This document shows, piece by piece, positions 9,074-18,278 of a stretch of DNA of 61,309 nt; within the stretch, counting starts at the first letter, position 1, and every line of letters starts with the position of its first letter. The DNA lies in assembly GCA_964654135.1 (NCBI GenBank), contig CAZZHV010000002.1, positions 1 through 61,309 on the forward strand, in the 5' to 3' direction. The notes beneath the pieces are model-generated. The model had not been told where the DNA came from, did no database searches, and saw only the letters and a list, made by a program, of their open reading frames with translations. The position numbers and the translations under genes were made by a program. Source of the stretch: an uncultured Candidatus Saccharibacteria bacterium (GTDB taxonomy: Bacteria > Patescibacteriota > Saccharimonadia > Saccharimonadales > UBA4665).

Positions 9074-9627
9074 TGAAAGAGCTCTTTCTGGCAGTATGGT
9101 TCTTTTTGCCAGCGGGCATCGCTAATGCATCGCCAATTATCGTGGCTAAACTACCTGGTCTTCGCAAATTTGACGCGCCAATTGATGGCGGTAAGACATT
9201 CCGAGGCCAGCGTATTTTGGGCGCCCACAAAACGTGGCGCGGACTTTTAACCGGAATCGTTGCCGCCACGCTTACGCTTTGGTTGCAGCAAAAGGCAATT
9301 GCGCATAGCTCATTGTTGCAGGGCTGGACGGACCAAATTAATTATCTCGGCTTGCCAACAATTATTGTAGGTGCGCTTTTTGGTATCGGCGCATTGGGTG
9401 GCGATGCTATAGAGAGCTTCTTTAAACGTCAACGTAAAGTAGCGCCAGGACATGGCTGGTTCCCATTTGACCAAACTGATTACATTATCGGTGGTGCATT
9501 GGCGACCGCTGGCTACGTGCAGCTTTATTTTTGGCAGTATGTCGAACTACTCGCTATCTGGCTACTTGTACATATCGTAGCAAGCTACGTTGGCTATTTA
9601 CTTCACCTCAAAGAACGTCCAATTTAG
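9073..9627 (+). CDS. CDP-archaeol synthase (CarS)-like / DUF46 family membrane protein
   Basis: 184 aa. N-terminus FLPAGIANASPIIV and GAHKTWRGLLTG resemble the CarS family. Its start overlaps the upstream stop (TAATG). Confidence 0.65.
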   Translation: MKELFLAVWFFLPAGIANASPIIVAKLPGLRKFDAPIDGGKTFRGQRILGAHKTWRGLLTGIVAATLTLWLQQKAIAHSSLLQGWTDQINYLGLPTIIVGALFGIGALGGDAIESFFKRQRKVAPGHGWFPFDQTDYIIGGALATAGYVQLYFWQYVELLAIWLLVHIVASYVGYLLHLKERPI

Positions 9628-10594
9628 GCAGTATAGCTTTACTGCCTATCGAAAATGCTGAAGCAGTAAGCGCTTGAGCCAAACGGATTCTGCCATGTGT
9701 TTGATGGCGAGCTACAGCTTGCTGTAGCGTCTCGCCACTACCAAGCATGTGCTCTCGGACTCGATCGTAAAAGAAGAAAGTATCATCTTCGTTGTATGAC
9801 TCCAGAAAGCGCTGAGAATAGGTACTTGTACTGAGTGCCTGTACGCGGTGCGCCAACAGAATGACGACATCGTATTGCAGCCGAGTTTCCACAGCAATCT
9901 TAAGTGGCCGTGCGAGCTCAAGCGACCGTTGAAAGCCATTGGCAATCTCTATAAAAGCTTGGCTAACGCTTAGCAGGGTATCGAGTGCATCGTCCATAGC
10001 CTCAATGTTGCTCTCGGGTCCTTTGCGTAACTGTTTGATGTCAATATCGTATAGCTCAAGAAATTCGATAACTGCGTGCCATTGGTCCCGCACATGTTTT
10101 TCGAGGCTATTTTTGGGCTCCAAGCCTAATTTTGGCCAATCTATCTTATGTACGTAATCTATAATGAGCCCATCCTGGGGTAGTCTTTTGACAATAGAAG
10201 TGACGCTTTCTGGCTCGAGCGCATCGAGAATATAGAGGCTAAAACAGTTACCCGGCATAGCAGTTAGCGCATCGGGTGTTAGAAAGTAAATATCTGCTTC
10301 GGGCCGATCAAGCGGCGGCTTCATGGTGAAATGCATGTGCTGCATGCGCGCAATAGCATGGGTATATTTGAGAATTTTGTCAGCATTGAGTGTACTGGCT
10401 CGTTGCTTTTGGATTGTCCGAGATAATTTAAGCCATTGTTTACGTGCCGCGCTCAGCATAACAACTGGATTTTCACAGACTACAATAGTCTTTCCTAGGT
10501 GTTGTCGTGAATGGACGTGACGCATAATATCGGCAGCTATACTATCGGTACCACGGGCAGATGATACGCGACGTTCGAAATAGGCTCTAACCAT
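9608..10594 (-). CDS. hypothetical protein
   Basis: ORF trimmed to the ATG at 10594, with GGAG 7 nt upstream. No recognisable domain. Confidence 0.55.
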   Translation of the reverse strand: MVRAYFERRVSSARGTDSIAADIMRHVHSRQHLGKTIVVCENPVVMLSAARKQWLKLSRTIQKQRASTLNADKILKYTHAIARMQHMHFTMKPPLDRPEADIYFLTPDALTAMPGNCFSLYILDALEPESVTSIVKRLPQDGLIIDYVHKIDWPKLGLEPKNSLEKHVRDQWHAVIEFLELYDIDIKQLRKGPESNIEAMDDALDTLLSVSQAFIEIANGFQRSLELARPLKIAVETRLQYDVVILLAHRVQALSTSTYSQRFLESYNEDDTFFFYDRVREHMLGSGETLQQAVARHQTHGRIRLAQALTASAFSIGSKAILPKLDVL

Positions 10595-10678
10595 TGAGGT
10601 GCTCCATAAACTTACATATATTTTTGCTCGCGCGCATAATAGCATACGTTCCCTCGAAGTAAAATGCGCCTATCATAC

Positions 10679-11347
10679 TCACAAATAATGATGCTGCCTA
10701 AAACTGAATTGGTCTGTTTTGGTAACAATTATGTGATCTCGCACACTTATTCCAAGCAGTTGTCCAGCAGCAACCAGCTGTTGCGTTAGCTCGATGTCAC
10801 GCATGCTCGGCTTGGCGGTGTCCGACGGATGGTTATGTGCGATAACGACACTTGCAGCGCGGTCGGTTATGGCATCGGCAAAGATCTCGCGAGGATGCAC
10901 AATAACGCTATCAAGTGTGCCAATAGTAATGGTGCGCAATGCTATTAAACGCTGCCCGCCATCTAAGCTCATGCACACAACATGTTCCTGGAGCTTTGTG
11001 CGAATTTCATCAAGACGAGCAAGAATGTCTTCTTGTGTGCGTAGTGGTTCGACATCACGAATAAGATACCGGCGAGCTAACTCAAGCGAGGCAATTAGCC
11101 GGCTGGCCGTGGCGGTATGTACACCTCGAATAGCTGTTAATGTTTCAAAATTAAGGTGTGACGTGCCTTTGTGCAGTAGCTTTTGTACCTGGCGCGCCAT
11201 AAATGTCACGTCGGCGCCAGCATTGCCGGTACCAATGACGACCTCGAGGAGTTCGTAATCTGACAGTGCGGCAACCCCTTTGCTTAGGAGCTTTTCGCGC
11301 GGTCTATCAACTACTGCTAACTGGTGAATACGTTTAGTAGTGCTCAT
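10679..11347 (-). CDS. radC: RadC-family JAB-domain protein
   Basis: DRPREKL N-terminus, HhH-like region and the JAMM motif HNHPSD. Confidence 0.85.
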   Translation of the reverse strand: MSTTKRIHQLAVVDRPREKLLSKGVAALSDYELLEVVIGTGNAGADVTFMARQVQKLLHKGTSHLNFETLTAIRGVHTATASRLIASLELARRYLIRDVEPLRTQEDILARLDEIRTKLQEHVVCMSLDGGQRLIALRTITIGTLDSVIVHPREIFADAITDRAASVVIAHNHPSDTAKPSMRDIELTQQLVAAGQLLGISVRDHIIVTKTDQFSFRQHHYL

Positions 11348-11442
11348 AAAGTGCCAGGAGTCTACACGCAGTTCGTCCCATTTGGCAAGCATCTTTTGAA
11401 ACTAGGCTAGCGCATTCAGATATAAATAGGTATGCTGTGAAA

Positions 11443-12456
11443 ATGAAAAAGCATGCAGCATCTCGCTTTGTGGTTATCGGCGGAGGCACCGGCAGCTTTA
11501 CGGTTTTGAGCGGTCTTAAACAGTATGCACACAACATTACCGCACTGGTTAGTATGGCCGACGACGGAGGCTCAACTGGCATTCTGCGCGACGAACTTGG
11601 GGTGTTGCCACCAGGAGACGTTCGTCAATGCCTCGTGGCCTTAAGCGACCCCGATATCTCAAAGACGCTACGCGATCTTTTTAATTTTCGTTTCGAAGAA
11701 GGATCGCTCGCGGGGCACTCTTTTGGAAACTTATTTTTGTCGTCTATCGAAAAGATGACCAATGATTTTAACGAAGCAGTGCGCCTAAGTGGTGAGCTAC
11801 TGCATATTACCGGTAGAGTTATGCCCATAACGCTCGACAACGTACGTCTTGGTATTAAGTGGGGCGACGAAATTGTGCGCGGTGAAGGGAACATTGATGT
11901 GATGGACTTTGCGTCGCGTCAGGCGACTAGGCCAGAGCTTTTTTTGGAGCCCGCCGCACGAATTAACCCTCAGGCAGCACAGGCAATTATGGATGCCGAT
12001 GTTATTGTCTTTGCACCCGGTGACCTTTATACGTCACTCGGGCCACTCCTGTCGGTAGGTGGAGTATCAGAAGCTTTGCACAAGACTCATGCTCGTAAAA
12101 TATATATCTCGAACCTTGTGGTTAATCCAAGGCAGACCAAAGATTTTACTGTTGCAGACCATGCTGCCGAAATTGAACGCTTTGCTGGCGGTCCGCTGCT
12201 CGACTACGTGCTTTATAACACTGGTGATCCTGGCGCAGAGCTTATGAAGAAATATATGCGTGAGGGCGAAAACCTTGTTGCTACGCACCAAAGTCAGTTC
12301 GAAGATGTTCACTATGAAGTTGTTGGGTGCGATTTGCTGCAGTCGCAGGCGGTCAAGGCCAGGGCAGGTGATAAATTAAGCGCCCACAGGTCGCTTATCC
12401 GTCACGACCCCGACGTGCTAGCGCGAGTACTTATACACATCTCAGAAAGTAAGTAG
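11443..12456 (+). CDS. yvcK: YvcK / CofD-like (UPF0052) gluconeogenesis factor family protein
   Basis: VVIGGGTGSFTVLSGLK ... MADDGGSTGILRDELGVLPPGDVRQC. Confidence 0.85.
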   Translation: MKKHAASRFVVIGGGTGSFTVLSGLKQYAHNITALVSMADDGGSTGILRDELGVLPPGDVRQCLVALSDPDISKTLRDLFNFRFEEGSLAGHSFGNLFLSSIEKMTNDFNEAVRLSGELLHITGRVMPITLDNVRLGIKWGDEIVRGEGNIDVMDFASRQATRPELFLEPAARINPQAAQAIMDADVIVFAPGDLYTSLGPLLSVGGVSEALHKTHARKIYISNLVVNPRQTKDFTVADHAAEIERFAGGPLLDYVLYNTGDPGAELMKKYMREGENLVATHQSQFEDVHYEVVGCDLLQSQAVKARAGDKLSAHRSLIRHDPDVLARVLIHISESK

Positions 12457-12480
12457 GATCCATACGGGTCCTACTTTTTT
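12453..12480 (+). terminator. rho-independent terminator after yvcK
   Basis: GTAGGATCC-atac-GGGTCCTAC followed by TTTTTT. Confidence 0.7.
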
Positions 12481-12587
12481 AGTGTCCCGCAGCCAGGCAA
12501 ATGGTCGCCCAAAACACTAAAGACACAAAATTGACAAAAAGCTAATGTTTTGTTATTGTAGTATTTATAAAACATCAAAACAAAAAT

Positions 12588-12848
12588 ATGCAAAGTCACC
12601 ATCACCACAAAACCATTCATCAACGTGTCGAATCGCTTATGCGCCATCCGTTTATCGTATTCGGTGTTCTCAGCCTCATGGCTGTTGCTATGACCAAGTT
12701 CGATAGTCGTGTTCATAACGTTGTACAGCAGGCCTATAACCAGGGATTCAGCTGGGTAGGGTCGTATATGCACCACGAACATCCGCGCCATCTTGCGCTC
12801 AATGTGGCTATTTCTCGTATTCCAACGATCTCTTCTGGAAACAGTTAA
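12588..12848 (+). CDS. possible small His-rich membrane protein
   Basis: 86-aa ORF with one hydrophobic helix and a TTGACA-containing promoter-like sequence upstream. No clear RBS. Competes with an antisense ORF. Confidence 0.3.
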   Translation: MQSHHHHKTIHQRVESLMRHPFIVFGVLSLMAVAMTKFDSRVHNVVQQAYNQGFSWVGSYMHHEHPRHLALNVAISRIPTISSGNS

Positions 12849-12876
12849 AAACATACACTAGTGCGGTGTATGTTGG

Positions 12877-12930
12877 TTGTCCACACCACATGTTGTGCTG
12901 TATCTGTGGATAACTCCATTCTGTGGATAA
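12877..12930. promoter_or_regulatory. cluster of DnaA-box sequences
   Basis: TTGTCCACA at 12877-12885. Two perfect TTATCCACA boxes, read as TGTGGATAA on the + strand, at 12905-12913 and 12922-12930. Confidence 0.45.
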
Positions 12931-12973
12931 GTGGTGTAGGAAACACCACTATTTTCATGACAAACTACTTGTA

Positions 12974-13023
12974 AGTGGGTAATCGTGGGTAGTATGATGG
13001 TGCCAGTGGGTAATCGTGGGTAG
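12974..13023 (+). promoter_or_regulatory. putative MraZ operator overlapping the mraZ promoter
   Basis: 19-nt direct repeat AGTGGGTAATCGTGGGTAG at 12974-12992 and 13005-13023. This gives four GTGGG boxes at 12975, 12985, 13006 and 13016, with 5-nt spacers within each pair. Confidence 0.5.
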
Positions 13024-13101
13024 CCCAAAGAGCAGAAGCTCCAAACAGGACTACTCAGCAAAATAAAAAACAACCACTAGAAATTTAAACTAACCAAACC
13101 A

Positions 13102-13464
13102 ATGGCCACGGTAGACTATTTTCAACGCAAACTTGACGACAAGCGTCGGTTAACCATACCGGCAGAGCTTCGAAGTGAGTTCGCGAGCGGGGTAGTTATA
13201 ACCCGAGGTTTCCAGAAGTACCTTCACTTGTACCCAAAATCAGTGTGGGACGAACTGGTCGAGCCTCAACTCCAGGGAAATATCCTGGATGAACAGATCG
13301 CCGATCTTAACGTTCGTTTCCGAATGGGCAAGGCCGATGGTATCTGCGACGAAAAGCAAGGACGTATCTCATTAGAGCAACACCTTCTGGACTACGCGGG
13401 TATCGAGAAGGAAGTGGTGGCGGTTAGGGTTGGAAAATATTGGCGCCTGATGGCACCAGAATAA
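13102..13464 (+). CDS. mraZ: transcriptional regulator MraZ
   Basis: 120 aa. Two SpoVT/AbrB-like half-domains with DxxxR-type motifs (LDDKRRLTIPAELR; DEKQGRISLEQHL). First gene of the dcw cluster. Confidence 0.85.
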   Translation: MATVDYFQRKLDDKRRLTIPAELRSEFASGVVITRGFQKYLHLYPKSVWDELVEPQLQGNILDEQIADLNVRFRMGKADGICDEKQGRISLEQHLLDYAGIEKEVVAVRVGKYWRLMAPE

Positions 13465-13875
13465 TCCGACAAATTTCACAAGCACATTAACAATTCAACC
13501 GAAGAAGCACCCATTACAGTTATTTATACGACTCGAGGTCAGCTATTCGGCAGTCAACCAGTGGATCGATGGTAACCACTGTCAAAAAACCATAGTTCTT
13601 TTTTTGGAAACACCTCCCAAAACTCCACCTCACACACATAAGTCTCTCAACTTTGATCCTTGTGCACAGTTAAGAAGTTCAGAAGATTTTTCAAATCTTT
13701 ATCGCTCAAAACAATACTTCTATACCTACCGGCATGAGGATCTCCACAAAAACAAAAACTTTCACACAAAAACAAAACGTTGACTGCTGGATAGGTGACC
13801 TTGCCAAAACAAAAACACCAAAACAAAAGAACTGTACCAATACAGAACAGATGTACGGTATAGTAGTAGCAAGAC

Positions 13876-14772
13876 ATGGATCACCAAGAACAACAAAATC
13901 ATTTACATATTCCGGTATTGCTCGAGCCAGTGCTTGAGTATCTAGCCCCAAAGTCAGGCGAGTCTTATCTCGATCTCACGGGCGGATACGGCGGCCACGC
14001 AGCAGCAGTACTAGAAAAAACTACCAACCCAGCGCAATCAGTGCTCGTCGATCGCGATGTTAACGCCATTAAGGAGTTAACGAAACGATTCGAAGGGCAG
14101 GGGATAGCTATCAAACAGGCAGACTTTTACACAGCCAGCCACGATTTGGTAGAGCAGGGGAGACGGTTTGATCTGATTTTGGCCGATCTTGGCGTGTCGT
14201 CACCGCACCTTAACCAAGCGAGTCGTGGGTTTTCTATAGCTCAAGACGGTCCGCTCGATATGCGTATGGATCAGTCCCAAACGCTCACTGCCGCCGATAT
14301 TGTTAACACGTATCGCGAAGATGAGCTCGCAAGCCTGATTAAACGCTATGGAGAAGACCCAAAGAGTAGGCAAATTGCTTCACTTATTGTGAACAATCGG
14401 CCATATGCGACCACCCAAGAACTTGCAAAAGTCGTTGCCAAAGCATGGCCAGGGCATAGTAAGGTCCATCCAGCAACGCGAACCTTTCAGGCACTCCGTA
14501 TCGCCGTCAATGACGAATTAGAGTTGCTTCGCAAGAGTTTGCCAATATGGATCGATCAGCTATTGGCGCCAGGCGGCCGAATTGCTATCATTAGCTTCCA
14601 CAGTCTTGAAGATCGCATCGTTAAAGATGCGCTTAAACAGGCGAGTGGTGATCGCTACGATGCAGTTCTACAGCTGCTTACCAAAAAACCAGTGACCGGC
14701 AGCGAAAATGAAATCGTTTTTAATCCGCGAGCAAGGAGTGCAAAACTTCGAGCCGCATTGAAACAAAAATAA
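13876..14772 (+). CDS. rsmH: 16S rRNA (cytosine1402-N4)-methyltransferase
   Basis: HIPVLLEPVLEYL, DLTGGYGGH, DLGVSSPHLN, RGFS, DGPLDMRMD. Confidence 0.95.
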   Translation: MDHQEQQNHLHIPVLLEPVLEYLAPKSGESYLDLTGGYGGHAAAVLEKTTNPAQSVLVDRDVNAIKELTKRFEGQGIAIKQADFYTASHDLVEQGRRFDLILADLGVSSPHLNQASRGFSIAQDGPLDMRMDQSQTLTAADIVNTYREDELASLIKRYGEDPKSRQIASLIVNNRPYATTQELAKVVAKAWPGHSKVHPATRTFQALRIAVNDELELLRKSLPIWIDQLLAPGGRIAIISFHSLEDRIVKDALKQASGDRYDAVLQLLTKKPVTGSENEIVFNPRARSAKLRAALKQK

Positions 14773-15041
14773 TAAAAAATCAAAAAGAAAGGGCTTAACA
14801 CAATGCAAATCAGCGTAGTTAACCTTACCCCTCGTGCTAAAAAAATCCACGTAACTGTTGCCTAAGTAACAGCCGGATTTTAGCCGACAATCTGCAGGTC
14901 CCAACCGGTACAAAATTTATCGGTTGGGCCTGACCAAGCTATCGTGCTTGGCGTGGTCCAAATGTCATATTTGGGCTTTGCTTAGCATGATAGAAAGCAA
15001 CAAAAATAAACACAAAAAATAAAAAAACGAAAGATAAAGAA

Positions 15042-15392
15042 ATGACATACTCAAGCTCTCTCGCAGCTGGCCGCCAAAGCGCAGGGCTTAGCCGCAACCA
15101 AAACACAGCGAGCTTCCGAGGCCAGGCAAAGGCACTCGGTCCAGTCAGTAACACAGTAATTTTGATTGTGTTGGCTTGCTTGCTGGGTCTTTTGTACTTA
15201 ACACAGGTAACCAAAACCAACGCTTACGGCTACAAAATTAACAGCCTCCAACAAAAGCAGTCACAACTCGCCGAAGAACACGACGACCTCGAAGTCGCTT
15301 CAGCACGTTTGCAATCTGTTGATCGAGTTCAGTCGAGCAGTGTTGCTCAAAACATGGCCGCTGTTACTCCTAGCGCAACGGTTCAAGACTAA
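15042..15392 (+). CDS. ftsL: cell division protein FtsL-like
   Basis: 116 aa with a single TM followed by a short coiled coil. Lies in the canonical position between rsmH and ftsI. Confidence 0.6.
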   Translation: MTYSSSLAAGRQSAGLSRNQNTASFRGQAKALGPVSNTVILIVLACLLGLLYLTQVTKTNAYGYKINSLQQKQSQLAEEHDDLEVASARLQSVDRVQSSSVAQNMAAVTPSATVQD

Positions 15393-15420
15393 AACGCTTA
15401 GATAAGGTATACTTACACCA

Positions 15421-17202
15421 ATGGGGCCTGCAGCCGAAACGACAGATATTCACGTTGTTAGACGTACTCGAATTGTGTACGTTGTACTCGCGCTGGTCTT
15501 TAGCCTCTTTATCCTCCGAGCTTTCTATCTACAAGTTATCAAATATTCGTACTATCACAAGGCCGCGCTAAGCGACCAACTCAAAGAGTACGAAATTGCT
15601 GCCGAGCGGGGCACTATTAAGGCTCACATGGGTGATGGTACTGTTTCGGTAGTGCTTAACGAAAAGCTGTACACTATTTACGCAGATCCGACACTTATCA
15701 AAGAGAAGGATGTCGATAAAGTGGCTAATTCTTTGGTCAAATATCTTGGTGGTAACGCCGATACCTACAGGGGCCAAATTACCAAGAAAGATACGCGTTA
15801 TGTTGTGCTGGCTAAAAAAGTAAGCAAAGACGCCAAAACCAAGCTTTTTGCGCTCAAATATCCAGGCATTGCAGCCGAAGAGCAACAATATCGTACCTAT
15901 CCCGATGGACAACTAGCTTCGCAGCTGCTCGGCTTTGTGAACAACGAAGGAAAGGGCGTTTACGGGGTAGAACAGTCACTTAATAGTAAATTGGCAGGCG
16001 CCAACGGCCAGTTAAAGGCGGTAACCGACATTAATGGTGTCCCGCTGGCCGCAAATACTGGCAATATCTTAAAGTCGCCAGTTGCCGGCAGCGACGTGAC
16101 GTTAACGATTGACGTTGGCATGCAAAAACAGCTTGAAGATATTCTCAAAAACGGTGCCCAAAAGTCCAAGTCCAAGACTGCTAGCGCACTCATTATGGAT
16201 CCAAATACTGGCCAAGTTAAGGCCATGGCCAATTATCCTACCTATAATCCGACAAATTATGGTGATGTCGATGACTCATCGGTATTCAACAACGCAGCGG
16301 TGAGCGAACCGATTGAAATTGGTTCGATTATGAAGACTTTGACGACTGCAGCAGCGCTAGACTCAGGTGCAGTCACGCCAACCCAAACGTACTATGACCC
16401 AGCGCACTTCGAGGTTGATAAGTTTAACATTACAAACATCGAAGAAGACGGCGGCGCTGGCACCAAGAGTATTGCCGATATTTTGAACTTGTCATTAAAC
16501 ACTGGTGCTACCTGGGAGTTGATGCAAATGGGTGGCGGCAAGCTCAACCAAACTGCACGCGACAAGTGGTACGACTACATGGTTAATCACTATCGCTTTA
16601 CAAAGGCGACTGGTATTGAGCAGGGCTACGAGTCTACTGGCTACGTCCCTAAACCCGAAGATAACGGTGCTGGAATTAACCTAACCTACGCCAACACTGC
16701 GTTCGGGCAGGCCATGACTGCAACGACGGTGCAGGTGGGCGCAGCAATGTCTGCCGTGCTCAACGGCGGTACCTATTACCAACCAACATTGATTGATTCA
16801 ACGACATCAGCAGATGGCAAGACTACTGCTCAAAAACCAAAAGTTGTTACCAAGAATGTCGTTAAGCAATCGACGACTGATGCGCTGATTCCACTCATGG
16901 AAAATGTCGTTGCTAAGCACCATTTTTCTCGTAGTTTCGACCAGAAAGCCTATGCGGTTGGTGGTAAGACCGGTACGGCCCAGATTGCCAAGCCTACGGG
17001 GGGCTACTACGACAACGAATTTAATGGTACTTATGCTGGCTTTGTCGGCGGTGATCACGTTCAGTACGTTATTGTGGTCTTTACGTACTTCCCGCAGGTA
17101 TCGAGTGGATCATATGCTGGTACTGCGGCTGCACAGCCAATATTTGGTGATCTTGCGCATATGTTAATCGATGACTTTGGGGTGACTCCCAAGACGAAAT
17201 AG
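15421..17202 (+). CDS. ftsI: penicillin-binding protein 2/3-type transpeptidase (FtsI)
   Basis: N-terminal TM. SxxK (SIMK), SxN (SLN) and KTG (KTGTA) motifs. Confidence 0.9.
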   Translation: MGPAAETTDIHVVRRTRIVYVVLALVFSLFILRAFYLQVIKYSYYHKAALSDQLKEYEIAAERGTIKAHMGDGTVSVVLNEKLYTIYADPTLIKEKDVDKVANSLVKYLGGNADTYRGQITKKDTRYVVLAKKVSKDAKTKLFALKYPGIAAEEQQYRTYPDGQLASQLLGFVNNEGKGVYGVEQSLNSKLAGANGQLKAVTDINGVPLAANTGNILKSPVAGSDVTLTIDVGMQKQLEDILKNGAQKSKSKTASALIMDPNTGQVKAMANYPTYNPTNYGDVDDSSVFNNAAVSEPIEIGSIMKTLTTAAALDSGAVTPTQTYYDPAHFEVDKFNITNIEEDGGAGTKSIADILNLSLNTGATWELMQMGGGKLNQTARDKWYDYMVNHYRFTKATGIEQGYESTGYVPKPEDNGAGINLTYANTAFGQAMTATTVQVGAAMSAVLNGGTYYQPTLIDSTTSADGKTTAQKPKVVTKNVVKQSTTDALIPLMENVVAKHHFSRSFDQKAYAVGGKTGTAQIAKPTGGYYDNEFNGTYAGFVGGDHVQYVIVVFTYFPQVSSGSYAGTAAAQPIFGDLAHMLIDDFGVTPKTK

Positions 17203-17240
17203 TGCTATACTGGCACTAAATTAAGGCATACCAAAACTCT

Positions 17241-18278
17241 ATGACTACAATCCACTTTATTATCGACACCGATACTTTCATTCGTATCTTTTTACTAGGT
17301 TTTATGGGCTTCCTTGTTGGCATGCTCATTACGCCGCTTTATACGACGCTTGCATACAAGCGTGAGTGGTGGAAAAAAGCACGCACCGAAACTGTTGGTG
17401 GCGAAAAAGCTTCTGTCTATTCCAAGCTGCATGCTGCTAAACACAAACGCAACATCCCAACAATGGCTGGTCTTATTTTTGTTAGCGCGATTGCACTTGT
17501 GAGCGTGTTCTTTAATCTTGTCCGCGAAGAAACCTGGTTACCCCTAGCCGCTATGGTTGGCGCTGGCGCAGTTGGCCTTATCGACGACTTTATGAACATC
17601 CGTAGTAACGGTGGGCAGGCTGGCATGCACGCCAAAGCCAAGTTTGCTTTGTATAGCCTCGTGGCGCTAATTGGCGGCCTCTGGTTCTTTACAAAGCTTG
17701 ATGTCACTAGTCTGTACTTGCCGGGCTTTGACCAGCTGAATGTCGGCTGGCTTATTATCCCGATCTTTTGGTTTGTGGTTGTGGCGACTGCTAATTCCGT
17801 TAACATCAGCGATGGCCTGGACGGGCTCGCTGGAGGCCTTCTAAGCTCATCATTCCTGGTTTATGCAGTGATTGCTGCTATCGAGGGTAAATACAGTCTA
17901 GCGGCCTTCTGTTTGACTGTAGTGGGCGCTTTACTGAGCTACACATGGTTCAATATCTTTCCAGCACGTTTCTTTATGGGGGATGTGGGGGCCTTTGCGT
18001 TGGGTACGGCTCTGGGCGTCATAGCTATGCAAACAGATACTATCTACGTACTGCCGATTATCGGTTTTGTCTACGTCATGGAAACTGGCTCAGTTATTAT
18101 TAATCGTTTGTCACGCAAATTGCGTCACGGCAAGAAAGTATTCTTGTCTTCGCCAATTCATCACCACTTCGAGGCTATTGGCTGGCCCGAAACCAAAGTT
18201 ACCATGCGATTTTGGATTATTGGCCAGGTCTCCGCCGTTCTGGGCTTGATTGTTTTCTTGCTCGGTAGGTATGCGTAG
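17241..18278 (+). CDS. mraY: phospho-N-acetylmuramoyl-pentapeptide transferase
   Basis: NSVNISDGLDGLAGG and the HHHFE motif. Multi-TM. Confidence 0.95.
   Translation: MTTIHFIIDTDTFIRIFLLGFMGFLVGMLITPLYTTLAYKREWWKKARTETVGGEKASVYSKLHAAKHKRNIPTMAGLIFVSAIALVSVFFNLVREETWLPLAAMVGAGAVGLIDDFMNIRSNGGQAGMHAKAKFALYSLVALIGGLWFFTKLDVTSLYLPGFDQLNVGWLIIPIFWFVVVATANSVNISDGLDGLAGGLLSSSFLVYAVIAAIEGKYSLAAFCLTVVGALLSYTWFNIFPARFFMGDVGAFALGTALGVIAMQTDTIYVLPIIGFVYVMETGSVIINRLSRKLRHGKKVFLSSPIHHHFEAIGWPETKVTMRFWIIGQVSAVLGLIVFLLGRYA

Noticed and set aside
12471-12854. 127-aa minus-strand ORF antisense to the small His-rich ORF
   Set aside because: It has no RBS or promoter context and runs into the yvcK terminator. 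Its composition looks non-protein-like. The plus-strand alternative is itself only weakly supported.
12974-13023. CRISPR-like repeat
   Set aside because: There are only two 19-nt copies with a 12-nt spacer and no cas genes. The GTGGG periodicity fits an MraZ operator.
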